From contig CAZSGW010000003.1 of assembly GCA_964606775.1 (NCBI GenBank), forward strand, positions 13,335 to 77,334: 64,000 bases of DNA, given 5' to 3'. The position numbers and the translations under genes are program-made. Position 1 is the first letter of the stretch. Every line of letters begins with the position of its first letter. The notes under the pieces were generated by a model. That model was not told where the DNA came from, made no database searches, and saw only the letters and a list, made by a program, of their open reading frames with translations. Positions 38,388-47,743 of this stretch are shown here, one piece after another. The stretch is from Candidatus Woesearchaeota archaeon (GTDB lineage: Archaea > Nanobdellota > Nanobdellia > Pacearchaeales > GW2011-AR1).

Positions 38388-38919
38388 ATTTTTTTATTAT
38401 TTTTATCAGTTCTTCTAAATTAAGGTTAACTTGGTTAAATTCTTTTAAATTTTCTTTATCTCTATTTCTAAATGTTTTTGCTGCATCATCAATTAACGAG
38501 GGTTTTTGAAATCTGGTTAGGACAATATCTTCTAGTTTTAAAGAGGGGACTAGTTTCTTAAAATATTTGAAAATCATATCTTTTATTTCATGAAAATGTC
38601 CGTCAATGTCATTACAAAGCTCCAAATTTATTTCATTTACGGATCCTAGGTCATAAATCGCTCTTTCAAGAATTTTGATAATTACTGCCGTATGAAATCG
38701 TATCCTTAATCTGTTTTTCATTTGTTTTTCTGAATGATGGTTTATGTTTAATGCACCTGTTTTGAATAAATTTAGAACCCTATCTTTTATTTTCTGAGGT
38801 ATGTTTGTTCCATAAACATGTTTTTTATTTAAAATCACTACAACTGAATAGTCTTTTTCGAAAATTTCGTTTCCAGATTTATCAACTTGAAATAAATTTA
38901 TCATTAACTCTAAAAACAA
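38386..38919 (-). CDS. hypothetical protein
   Basis: 177-aa ORF. Confidence 0.4.
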   Translation of the reverse strand: MFLELMINLFQVDKSGNEIFEKDYSVVVILNKKHVYGTNIPQKIKDRVLNLFKTGALNINHHSEKQMKNRLRIRFHTAVIIKILERAIYDLGSVNEINLELCNDIDGHFHEIKDMIFKYFKKLVPSLKLEDIVLTRFQKPSLIDDAAKTFRNRDKENLKEFNQVNLNLEELIKIIKK

Positions 38920-38952
38920 AAGTAATTTATAAGTTTAATCTGTGAATTTTTC

Positions 38953-39672
38953 ATGAAATACAAAATAATTTCAAAAACAATATTTTTTCCTGAGAAGGGA
39001 ATTCTTGCAATTGGTGATTTGCATTTGGGTTATGAAGAGATGCTGAGAAAACAGGGACTTGCAGTTCCTTTTAATCAGTTGGATAGGACTAAGGAGGAAT
39101 TGACGGAGATTTTTTCTAAGATAAAGAAACAAGGTTATGAATTGAAGAAGATTGTTTTGCTTGGAGATATTAAACATCACTTTAATTTTGATGTTCAGGA
39201 GAAATTTGAGGTCCGGAAGTTTATTGTTTTTTTGAAGAAATATGTTAGGGAAGGGAATATAATTTTAATTAAGGGAAATCATGAAAAATTTGAGTTAGAT
39301 AAAATGACTTATTTAGATTATTATCTTGAAGATGGTTTGGCTTTTACCCATGGAGATAAAATGTATAAAGAACTTTTAAAGAAAGATATTAAGGTCCTTG
39401 TTATGGGGCATGTTCATCCTGCGATTAATTTGAAGGACCCTGAGGGAGTTAAAAAAGAAAAGTATAAGTGTTTCTTGATTGGGAATTTTAAGAAAAAAGA
39501 ATTGATTATTGTTCCTAGTTTTTTTCCGTTGGTTATTGGTTCTGAAGTTGATGAGATGAGAGAGGGGGGAGAATTCTCACCGATTGTTTCTAAAAAGCAG
39601 ATGAAAAATTTCAAAACCTTTGTTGTAGGAAAAGATAGGATTTATGAGTTTGGAAAGTATAAAGAAATTTAA
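38953..39672 (+). CDS. calcineurin-like metallophosphoesterase
   Basis: 239 aa. The GDLHLG, GDIKHH, GNHE and GHVH motifs form the binuclear metallophosphoesterase signature. Confidence 0.7.
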   Translation: MKYKIISKTIFFPEKGILAIGDLHLGYEEMLRKQGLAVPFNQLDRTKEELTEIFSKIKKQGYELKKIVLLGDIKHHFNFDVQEKFEVRKFIVFLKKYVREGNIILIKGNHEKFELDKMTYLDYYLEDGLAFTHGDKMYKELLKKDIKVLVMGHVHPAINLKDPEGVKKEKYKCFLIGNFKKKELIIVPSFFPLVIGSEVDEMREGGEFSPIVSKKQMKNFKTFVVGKDRIYEFGKYKEI

Positions 39673-40220
39673 TCAAATTTAACTTTTACAACTTTTCTTT
39701 CAGAAGGTTCAATTTGTAAGTATTCTTTTTCTTTGAATCCGTACATGTTTGCAAACATAACTGCTGGGAATTTCTTTGTCATATTGTTGTAGGTCAATAT
39801 TGAATCATTGTAAAATTGTCTTGCGTATGCAACTTTATCTTCTGTTGCTGTTAACTCTCTTTGTAATTCTAAGAAATTTTGGTTTGCTTTCAAATCTGGA
39901 TAGTTTTCAGCGATTGCAAACAATCTTCCTAATGCTCCCTCAAGTGTTTTGTCTGCCCTAACTTTTGAGGACAAGTCTTTTGCACCAACTAATGCTTTTC
40001 TTGCGTCGCTTACTTCTTTTAGAACTTCTTTTTCGTGTTTAGCGTAACCTTTAACAGTGTCAACTAAATTAGGAATTAAGTCTGCTCTTCTTTTCAGTTG
40101 AACGTCAATTTGAGATAGTGAATTATCTATTCTGTTTGAAAGAACTACGAATCTGTTGTAATAACCTGCGAAAATTGCAATTAATAAAACTGCAACACCT
40201 CCGATTATCCATCCTATCAT
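39669..40220 (-). CDS. LemA family protein
   Basis: 183 aa. N-terminal TM helix, then YNRFVVLSNRIDNSLSQIDVQLKRRADLIPNLV, typical of LemA. Confidence 0.75.
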   Translation of the reverse strand: MIGWIIGGVAVLLIAIFAGYYNRFVVLSNRIDNSLSQIDVQLKRRADLIPNLVDTVKGYAKHEKEVLKEVSDARKALVGAKDLSSKVRADKTLEGALGRLFAIAENYPDLKANQNFLELQRELTATEDKVAYARQFYNDSILTYNNMTKKFPAVMFANMYGFKEKEYLQIEPSERKVVKVKFD

Positions 40221-40270
40221 GTTCTATTTAGAGATATTAAGTTTATAAAACTATTTCTCTCAGGTCTGGT

Positions 40271-41293
40271 ATGATTGAGAAACATTCAGGGAAACTTTCG
40301 AAGGGATGTGAACTTTGTTTTGAAGGGAAGAAATCGGTTTTGTTTATTACAGGCAAATGTCCTAGAAATTGTTTGTATTGTCCACTTTCTGAAGAGAAGA
40401 AAAATAATGACGTTATACATATTAATGAATTGAAGACACGAGAGATTCGGAGAATTATTTTTGAGATTAAGGAAAGTGATTCTTCAGGAGTTGGAATAAC
40501 TGGCGGAGATCCTCTTGTTGTTTTAGATAGGACGACTAAGTTTATTAAAAAATTAAAGAAAAAGTTTGGAAAGGGTTTTCATGTTCATTTATACACTTCT
40601 TTGTTTCTTGTTAATTCTAGGACAATTAAAGAATTACAGAAGGCAGGGCTTGATGAGTTTAGAGTTCATCCTGATTTGAATAATAAAAAAGAGTGGGAGA
40701 AGATTAAGTTGTTGAAAAATAAATTTGATGAAGTTGGGATTGAGATTCCTGCGATGCCTAAATCTGAAAAGAAAATTTTTGAGTTAATTGAGTTCTCTAA
40801 GGATTTTATTAATTTTTATAATTTGAATGAATTGGAGTATGCAACTTTGTATGGGGATTATTATAATAAAAATGGTTGGAAAGTTAGAGAAGATTATTCG
40901 GTTAAAGGGAGTGAAGAAGTTGCTATAAAAGTTATTAAGAAATTTCCTGACTTAAGAATTCACTATTGTAGTTCTAAGTTTAAGGATTCTGTTCAGTTTA
41001 CAAATAGAATAAGGGTTCGTTCTGAGAATGTTGCGGAGAGTTTTGATAAAATTAGTGAAGATGGTTTGTTGGTTCGAGCCAAAATTGAAACTTCGAAAAA
41101 TAATCTTAAAAAATTGAAGAAAAAATTGGTGAAAGAATTTGATTCTGAGTTTAAAATTGATTTGAAAAAGTCGAGAATTATTTTTGACGTTGATTTGGCT
41201 GAAGATGTGGCGAAGAAATTTAAGAATGTTTTTGTTATTGAGGAGTATCCAACTGTTGATGGGCTTGAAGCTTATCTCGAGAGGTTGAGTTAG
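40271..41293 (+). CDS. radical SAM domain protein
   Basis: 340 aa. CPRNCLYCP (Cx3Cx2C) near the N-terminus plus a Gly-rich SAM-binding stretch (GITGGDPL). Confidence 0.7.
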   Translation: MIEKHSGKLSKGCELCFEGKKSVLFITGKCPRNCLYCPLSEEKKNNDVIHINELKTREIRRIIFEIKESDSSGVGITGGDPLVVLDRTTKFIKKLKKKFGKGFHVHLYTSLFLVNSRTIKELQKAGLDEFRVHPDLNNKKEWEKIKLLKNKFDEVGIEIPAMPKSEKKIFELIEFSKDFINFYNLNELEYATLYGDYYNKNGWKVREDYSVKGSEEVAIKVIKKFPDLRIHYCSSKFKDSVQFTNRIRVRSENVAESFDKISEDGLLVRAKIETSKNNLKKLKKKLVKEFDSEFKIDLKKSRIIFDVDLAEDVAKKFKNVFVIEEYPTVDGLEAYLERLS

Positions 41294-41323
41294 GTTTATA
41301 AATTCTGAAATTTATTTTATTTT

Positions 41324-41488
41324 ATGGTAAGTATAGACAAAGAGGCATGTATTGGATGTGGTGCTTGTGCTTCAACCTGTCCTGAAGGATTTGAGATGAA
41401 GGATGGAAAGGCACATGTAAAAAACGCAGATGCAAAATGTGCTAAAGAAGCGGTAGATATATGTCCTGTTGATGCAATTAAAGCATAA
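41324..41488 (+). CDS. fdx: single-cluster ferredoxin (54 aa)
   Basis: Hand-translated MVSIDKEACIGCGACASTCPEGFEMKDGKAHVKNADAKCAKEAVDICPVDAIKA. The CxxCxxC...CP pattern and the overall sequence resemble Pyrococcus-type 4Fe ferredoxin. Missed by the ORF track because it is under 60 aa. Confidence 0.75.
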   Translation: MVSIDKEACIGCGACASTCPEGFEMKDGKAHVKNADAKCAKEAVDICPVDAIKA

Positions 41489-41519
41489 CCTTTATTAATT
41501 CCTTAATTTTAATTTTATT

Positions 41520-44054
41520 ATGGAAGAAAAAGAGGATAAGCGTTCTAAACCGGATTCTGTGAAATGGTTTAAGGAATTGAATCGAGATTCTGGAAAGTAT
41601 GCCGGGGGTAAAGGCGCTAATCTTGCTGAGATTTACAATTTGGGAATTGATGTTCCACCTGGATTTGTTGTAACTGCACAGGCTTATGATTATTTTATTG
41701 AGGAAGCTGGAATTAAGGAACAGGTTTTTGAGATTTTAGATTCTATCAAATATGAAGATACTGAAGATTTAAACGAGAAGACAAAAGAAGTTCGGAGATT
41801 AATCGTTAAGACGGATTTTCCGAAAGAGATGAAGGTAGAAATTTTGGAAGCTTATGAGCATCTTGGTGCTGTTGCGTTTGATAGTCAGAGTAGCGAGGCT
41901 ATTGACATTTTGAAAACATCTTCTGAACCTATTTTTGTGGCAGTTAGAAGTTCTGCAACCGCAGAGGATTTAGCCGATGCGAGTTTTGCAGGTCAGCAAG
42001 ATACTTATTTGAATATCAAGGGTAATTCGGATTTACTCGATAAGGTAAAAAAATGTTTTGCTTCTTTATTTACTTCGAGAGCCACCTATTATAGGCATAA
42101 AAAAGGATTCAAACACGATCAAGTTAGTTTAGCAGTTGTTGTTCAAAAAATGATTGATGCAAATAAATCAGGAGTTATATTTTCAAAAGATCCGACTTAC
42201 AAAAGTGAGGATACTATCATTGAGGCTGTTTGGGGATTAGGAGAAGGAATTGTTTCAGGAAGAGTTACTCCAGATAAATATGTTGTTTCAAAGGATTTGG
42301 AAATCGTAGATAAAAAAATTAAAAATAAGAAAGTTGCTATAACAAGGAATTCTGCAGGCGAGAAAGAAGTTGTGAAGTTGAATGAAGATAAAGCGAAGTC
42401 GCAAGTTTTGAAAAATCATGAGATAAAAAAATTAGCTGAAATTGCAAACAAACTGGAAAAGCATTATGATAAACCTCAGGATATTGAATTTGCGATTGAA
42501 GGTTCAGAAGTTTATATTGTTCAAACCCGTCCTATAACAACTTTAGAAAAAAGAATTGAGAAAGGTGGACGAGAGGAAATTGAAGGAGAACCTGTTTTAG
42601 AGGGGTTGGCTGCTTCTCCTGGGATTGCAGTTGGGAAGGTGAAGGTTGTTGATAGTTTAGAAGATTTACATAAAGTTCAGAAAGGAGATATTTTGGTTAC
42701 GGGAATGACTAATCCAGATATGGTGGTTACGATGCAGAGGTCTTCAGGAATAGTAACTGATGAAGGAGGGATGACTGCTCATGCTGCGATAGTGTCTAGG
42801 GAAATGGGCATTCCTTGTGTTGTTGGAACTGATACTGCAACTTCTACTTTAAAAGATGGAGAAATTATTACTATTGACGGATATTCTGGGAAGATTTATC
42901 AAGGAGAAGTTGCGGAAAGTGAAAAGAAAGAGGTTCAAGAAGTGACAGCACAAACTAAAACAAAGATAAAAGTTATTGTTGATTTGCCGAGTTTTGCGGA
43001 GAGAGCTTCAAAAACAGGAATTAAGAAAGTTGGATTAACGAGGGTGGAAGGAATTATTGCAGAGTCTGGAAAACATCCAAATTATTTTTTGACTAAAGGA
43101 AACGTGCAAGAGTATGAAGACATAATTTACGATGGAATTTCTGGTATTGCTAAATATTTTGATGAAGTTTGGGTAAGGACTTCTGATGTTAGGAGTGATG
43201 AATATCAAAATTTGGAAGGAGCACCAAAGCAAACAGAAGCTAATCCTATGTTGGGAATGCATGGAATAAGATTTGGGATTAAACATCCTAAAATAATAAA
43301 GGCAGAGATGAAGGCACTTCAAAGAGTTGCGCAGGAAAATAAGAAAGTTGGATTGTTGTTCCCTCAAGTTATTTCTGTTGAAGAACTTAAAAAAATGAAG
43401 GAGTTTAGAAGCGAATTAAATTTTAATAACGCAAAGCTTGGAATTATGATTGAAACTCCTGCTTCTATACAGATAATTAATGAATTGTGTAGCGAAGGAA
43501 TAGATTTTATTTCATTTGGTACAAATGATTTGACACAATATATGTTGGCTTTAGATAGAGGAAATCAGGCTGTCCAGCATCTTTACGATGAAATGCATCC
43601 TGCGATTTTGAAGCAATTAGAGTATGTTATAAGAGTTTGTAAAAGAAATAAAGTTGAGACTTCTATTTGTGGACAGGCAGGTTCTAGGAAAGAAATGGCG
43701 AAGTTTTTGGTCGAGGCAGGAATTGATAGTATTAGTGTTAATGCAGATATGGCAAAGGAAATTTCTGATTATGTTGCAGAAATAGAGAAAAATCTTCAGG
43801 AGAAAAAAGGAGAATTGCCGAGGCAGTATCAACCTAATAAATTTAAAAAATTTCATAAAAAACAATTTAAGAAGAATGAATATTATGAGAAGAATAAGGA
43901 AAGAATCGATAGGGATTTGGAGGCGCTTGAAAAGGAAAAAATGGAGTGTATTCGTAAGGATAAAAAAGATGGTGGGTACAAACAAGGTAATGAGAAATGT
44001 TTGGAGGCGCTTGAAAAGGAAAAGCAAGAATACTTGAAAAAAGAAAATTTATAA
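41520..44054 (+). CDS. ppsA: phosphoenolpyruvate synthase (pyruvate, water dikinase) with Lys/Glu-rich C-terminal extension
   Basis: 844 aa. N-terminal ATP-grasp (GGKGANLAE), phosphohistidine domain GGMTAHAAIVSREMGIPCVVG, C-terminal PEP-utilising TIM barrel, and a ~90-aa tail with a duplicated LEALEKEK unit. Confidence 0.9.
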   Translation: MEEKEDKRSKPDSVKWFKELNRDSGKYAGGKGANLAEIYNLGIDVPPGFVVTAQAYDYFIEEAGIKEQVFEILDSIKYEDTEDLNEKTKEVRRLIVKTDFPKEMKVEILEAYEHLGAVAFDSQSSEAIDILKTSSEPIFVAVRSSATAEDLADASFAGQQDTYLNIKGNSDLLDKVKKCFASLFTSRATYYRHKKGFKHDQVSLAVVVQKMIDANKSGVIFSKDPTYKSEDTIIEAVWGLGEGIVSGRVTPDKYVVSKDLEIVDKKIKNKKVAITRNSAGEKEVVKLNEDKAKSQVLKNHEIKKLAEIANKLEKHYDKPQDIEFAIEGSEVYIVQTRPITTLEKRIEKGGREEIEGEPVLEGLAASPGIAVGKVKVVDSLEDLHKVQKGDILVTGMTNPDMVVTMQRSSGIVTDEGGMTAHAAIVSREMGIPCVVGTDTATSTLKDGEIITIDGYSGKIYQGEVAESEKKEVQEVTAQTKTKIKVIVDLPSFAERASKTGIKKVGLTRVEGIIAESGKHPNYFLTKGNVQEYEDIIYDGISGIAKYFDEVWVRTSDVRSDEYQNLEGAPKQTEANPMLGMHGIRFGIKHPKIIKAEMKALQRVAQENKKVGLLFPQVISVEELKKMKEFRSELNFNNAKLGIMIETPASIQIINELCSEGIDFISFGTNDLTQYMLALDRGNQAVQHLYDEMHPAILKQLEYVIRVCKRNKVETSICGQAGSRKEMAKFLVEAGIDSISVNADMAKEISDYVAEIEKNLQEKKGELPRQYQPNKFKKFHKKQFKKNEYYEKNKERIDRDLEALEKEKMECIRKDKKDGGYKQGNEKCLEALEKEKQEYLKKENL

Positions 44055-44076
44055 ACAATAAAACCCTTTATAATTT

Positions 44077-44550
44077 ATGGCCAAGAAAAAGAGTGTGAAG
44101 AAAAAAAGTAATAAGAAAAAATCTACAAAATCAATAAAAACTCCGGAGGTTGAAAATATCTTAGTTGAGAATTTTATTTCTTTGCAAAAGGTTATGACTA
44201 ATCTTTCAGGAAAATTTGATAAATTAACTGCTCAGATGACTAAACTTTTGGAATTGTTTGAAGTTTCTGCGAAATCTCTTGCAGAGAAAGAAGTTGAATC
44301 AAAGAAAGATGCTAGGGAAGAGAAAGAGATTATTGAAAAATTGGATAATTTATTGGAACAGAACAAAATTATTGCAAAAGGATTGACTTTGATTCATGAA
44401 GGAAAGGGAACGCCTTCAATGCCTCGGCTTCCACAGAAATCTTTCCAAAGACCTCCTCAACCTTCTGCCGGAATGTCACCTCAACAATCATCTCATGTGA
44501 ATGATATGGCCTCCCAAGCTGGAGGATACCAAAAATCAATGGGTTCTTAA
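44077..44550 (+). CDS. Lys-rich / coiled-coil / Pro-Gln-rich protein (hypothetical)
   Basis: 157 aa. MAKKKSVKKKSNKKKSTKS N-terminus and PQ-rich C-terminus. The 3' end overlaps the next ORF by 50 nt in another frame, so a frameshift or fusion is possible. Confidence 0.4.
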   Translation: MAKKKSVKKKSNKKKSTKSIKTPEVENILVENFISLQKVMTNLSGKFDKLTAQMTKLLELFEVSAKSLAEKEVESKKDAREEKEIIEKLDNLLEQNKIIAKGLTLIHEGKGTPSMPRLPQKSFQRPPQPSAGMSPQQSSHVNDMASQAGGYQKSMGS

Positions 44551-45223
44551 GATGTTAGCTACATCATCTAGTGATTTTAAAAAGAAATTTATTTTGGAAT
44601 TTACTCGGGAGTTGATAATAAATTCTTCTCCTATGGAACTTTTTAAATTAGAACATATTTTAAAGGATGAAAAAAAATTAGAGAATAAATTTGTAAGTAA
44701 AATAAAAGAAAAAGTAAAATTGAAAGCTCCGAAAAGGGATATCTCGAGAGAGGATATGTCTCGAATGCCTTCGGTACCTAAATTTATTCAACGTCCTTCT
44801 AGGGCTCAGCCTCTTCCTCAAAAACCTTTAAGTGTTCCTCGTCCTCGAAGACTTCCACCTCAGTTTCAACATTTGAGGCCTACGTTTCAAAAGGCAGAAA
44901 TAAAATTGGGGAAACTGGACCCGTTTATTAATGATTCTCAAGTTAAAAATATAGAATGTAATGGTCCTGATTCTCAAATTCAGGTGAGTGGGAATATGGG
45001 AACTAAGCCTACAAATGTTACTTTAACTAAGGAAGAGATTGAAGAGGTTTTACAGAAGTTTTCGGAAAAAGGGAAGGTTCCTATTGATGAAGGTTTTAAT
45101 AAAATTATTGTAGGAAATTTAATTTTGAATGCAATTGTTTCTGAAGACGAAGAATCTGAAACTAAATTTACTATTACTAAGATGTCCTCGCCACCAAGAC
45201 CTGGAATGATGCCTCGAAGATGA
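44501..45223 (+). CDS. FlaI/VirB11/TadA-type secretion ATPase N-terminal domain only (no ATPase core)
   Basis: 240 aa. LDPFINDSQVKNIECNGPDSQIQVSG...TNVTLTKEEIEEVLQKFSEKGKVPIDEG...TKFTITK aligns by eye with the N-domain of FlaI-type ATPases (LDPLLEDPEIEDISCDGP...TNIVFESEEEL...FTIRKF). The ORF stops where the Walker A domain should start. Confidence 0.45.
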   Translation: MIWPPKLEDTKNQWVLKMLATSSSDFKKKFILEFTRELIINSSPMELFKLEHILKDEKKLENKFVSKIKEKVKLKAPKRDISREDMSRMPSVPKFIQRPSRAQPLPQKPLSVPRPRRLPPQFQHLRPTFQKAEIKLGKLDPFINDSQVKNIECNGPDSQIQVSGNMGTKPTNVTLTKEEIEEVLQKFSEKGKVPIDEGFNKIIVGNLILNAIVSEDEESETKFTITKMSSPPRPGMMPRR

Positions 45224-45498
45224 AGATTATAAAGAAAGAAAAATTAGACAAATATTTTAAATTGACTTCTACAGCTTTGAAGGAAGTTAGGAAAAATATA
45301 ATTTCTGGAAAGCAAAGTTACGCAAAAGAGATAATTGAGATGGTTGAAAATTATTTGTCTGATGCTAAGCATTTTGAAAAGGAAGGAGATTATGTTAATG
45401 CCTTTGCTGCTTTAAATTATGCGCATGGTTGGTTAGATTCTGGAGTTAGATTAGATGTTTTTGATGTTAAAGATGATAAGTTGTTTACAATAAAGTAA
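45220..45498 (+). CDS. hypothetical protein
   Basis: 92-aa ORF overlapping the upstream stop by 4 bp. Confidence 0.35.
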   Translation: MKIIKKEKLDKYFKLTSTALKEVRKNIISGKQSYAKEIIEMVENYLSDAKHFEKEGDYVNAFAALNYAHGWLDSGVRLDVFDVKDDKLFTIK

Positions 45499-45538
45499 AT
45501 ATCCAAAACTTTATAAAAAAATCTAATCATAAGCAAGT

Positions 45539-46606
45539 ATGAAGAAATTAAAAAATCTACTATATGGAATAGGTTTAACAGCGCTTAGTTTAAATTCTTT
45601 TTCACAAAATCGAGAAAAGTACCTTGAGAATATTGTTCCGTATCAAAAAGAGATAGTAATAAGTGATGAGAGTTTGAAACAATATGCCAAAGAAATAACC
45701 CAAGGATGTAAGACTAAAGAATGCGAGGTTTCTAAGATTTATAGTCATATTTTGGAAAATTACGAATATGAAAAAGATTCAAATGGAAAAGAGATTATAA
45801 AAAATCCTTATGAAACATTTAAAGATAAAAAAGGAGATTGTGAGGATTTAACCATCTTACTTAACTCTCTTTTAGAGAATATGGGGATAGATACCTATCT
45901 TGTATGGAATGATAGGGAGGGATATGATACAATAAATCACATTTATAATTTAACCTGTGGGATTGATTTAAATAAGATAGCAGAAAATATACACTCTACA
46001 AGAATAAACAAATTATATAATGATTTTTTAAAAAAAGGATTAAATGTTAAAAAGGTAGATGGAGATTTGTTTCTTCAAGTAGATATAAATAAATCTGTAT
46101 GGATTTCTCCTAATGATTTTTATGCTTTAGGTTCTCCTGGAGAAGAATTAGAAAAAGTTTTTGATTGGAAAAAGATAGAATATAAATTAAATTCTACAAA
46201 ACCTCTAGATTTATTAGCTGTTCCAACCATGGAAGATTATCAAAACTTTGTTGATGGAAAAAAATATCAATATTATGTAGATTCCAAAAAAGAAAATGTT
46301 TCCAGATTAGAAGAAGATTTAGGAAAATTCAATAAAAAAATAGCATTAATAATTCAGAATAATAATTCAGAAAAAGCACACTTGGATTTGCAAATCAGAG
46401 ATTATCGCCATATCTCAAATAAAGAGATACTTAAAGATGTGCAAATAAAAAATTATAAAATAAATCAAGAAAGATGTATTGTTTTAGAACCAAGTTTTGA
46501 GGATAGAGAATCTTTATTCTATCCGGGAGCAGAAGGGGAAAATAAAGGAGAAAACATTGCAATAGGCTCAAAAACAAAAGAATTAATCTATCTTGGTAAA
46601 TTATAA
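45539..46606 (+). CDS. secreted transglutaminase-like domain protein
   Basis: 355 aa. Signal peptide, then KKGDCEDLTILLNSLLENMGIDTYLV, the Cys-containing core of transglutaminase-like cysteine proteases. Confidence 0.6.
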   Translation: MKKLKNLLYGIGLTALSLNSFSQNREKYLENIVPYQKEIVISDESLKQYAKEITQGCKTKECEVSKIYSHILENYEYEKDSNGKEIIKNPYETFKDKKGDCEDLTILLNSLLENMGIDTYLVWNDREGYDTINHIYNLTCGIDLNKIAENIHSTRINKLYNDFLKKGLNVKKVDGDLFLQVDINKSVWISPNDFYALGSPGEELEKVFDWKKIEYKLNSTKPLDLLAVPTMEDYQNFVDGKKYQYYVDSKKENVSRLEEDLGKFNKKIALIIQNNNSEKAHLDLQIRDYRHISNKEILKDVQIKNYKINQERCIVLEPSFEDRESLFYPGAEGENKGENIAIGSKTKELIYLGKL

Positions 46607-46630
46607 AAACCCTTTAAACTTTTTTTAATT

Positions 46631-47314
46631 ATGAAAAAGAAGGTGATAGTTCTAAGTCTAGGCGGTAGTCAAATTATTCCTGATGATGTTAATGTAAAAT
46701 ATCTTAAAGAATTTAAAAAAACACTTCTAAAAAATAAGAAATATAAATTCATTGTTGTATGCGGGGGAGGAAGTTTAGCAAGAAAATACATCTCTGCTGT
46801 AAAAACTCAAACTTCAAACCACAAATTTCAATCACTTGCAGGAATTGCAGCAACAAGAACAAATGCAAGATTCATGAGTTATTTTTTTGGAATTGAACCA
46901 AAGCAAGGAATTCCACAAACGATGAAAGAAGTAAAAAATTATCTAAAAAAACAAGATGTGATTTTTTGTGGGGCTCTGGAATATAAGCCAAATCAAACTT
47001 CGGATTCAACTGCTGCTGACGTGGCTAAAGTTTTTGGTGCCGAGTTTGTTAATTTAACTAATGTTAAGGGCCTTTATGATAAAAATCCTTCAAAACATAA
47101 GAATGCAAAATTTGTTTCAGAAATTTCATGGAAAGATTTTGATAGGAAGGCAAATGAATTGAAGTTTAAACCCGGGCAACATTTTGTTTTAGATCAGACT
47201 GCTTCTAAAATGATTATGAAAAATAAAATTCCAACATATATTATTAAGGATTTGAAACAATTGGATAATTTCCTAAAACAAAAGAAATTTATAGGCACGG
47301 AAATTAAAGACTAA
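46631..47314 (+). CDS. pyrH: UMP kinase (archaeal type)
   Basis: 227 aa. VLSLGGSQI, VVCGGGSLARKYI, IAATRTNARFM and NQTSDSTAADVA...NLTNVKGLY parallel archaeal uridylate kinases block by block. Confidence 0.75.
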   Translation: MKKKVIVLSLGGSQIIPDDVNVKYLKEFKKTLLKNKKYKFIVVCGGGSLARKYISAVKTQTSNHKFQSLAGIAATRTNARFMSYFFGIEPKQGIPQTMKEVKNYLKKQDVIFCGALEYKPNQTSDSTAADVAKVFGAEFVNLTNVKGLYDKNPSKHKNAKFVSEISWKDFDRKANELKFKPGQHFVLDQTASKMIMKNKIPTYIIKDLKQLDNFLKQKKFIGTEIKD

Positions 47315-47743
47315 ATGATAATCTCAGAAACTACTTTTGAAAGAGCAAGAAAAAAAATAAGACAAGCAGAAAAACCAATTATTTTTTCTTCAGATAACGA
47401 CGAATTAAATAGAAAAATTCTAGAAAAAGAAAATATAGATGTTCTTTTAATTAATTTAGAAAACAGAAAAGATTTTCAAAAACAGAGAAATTCTGGTTTT
47501 AATCAGGTGCTTGCAAAAATAGCTAAAAAAAATAATGTGGCTATTGGAATAAATTTTGATGAAATTGTTGATTCTAAAAATAAAGAAATTATTTTGGCGA
47601 GAATCCAGCAGAATATAAAATTGTGTGTTAAGAATAAACTGAAGATGAAATTTGTTCAACAGGTTCATAAAAGAAGCGTTAGAGATTTGAAGTCTCTTGG
47701 ATTGGTTTTAGGTATGCCTACGTGGATGACAAAAGAATTATAA
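47315..47743 (+). CDS. hypothetical protein (weak resemblance to RNase P Rpp30-like fragment)
   Basis: 142-aa ORF starting at the pyrH stop. The similarity (DVLLINLE...VLAKIAKKNNVAIGINFDEI) is only suggestive. Confidence 0.3.
   Translation: MIISETTFERARKKIRQAEKPIIFSSDNDELNRKILEKENIDVLLINLENRKDFQKQRNSGFNQVLAKIAKKNNVAIGINFDEIVDSKNKEIILARIQQNIKLCVKNKLKMKFVQQVHKRSVRDLKSLGLVLGMPTWMTKEL

Noticed and set aside
47315-47743. Confident call of RNase P subunit Rpp30 for the 142-aa ORF after pyrH.
   Set aside because: The similarity is limited to a short block and the protein is much shorter than Rpp30. It was kept as hypothetical with a note.
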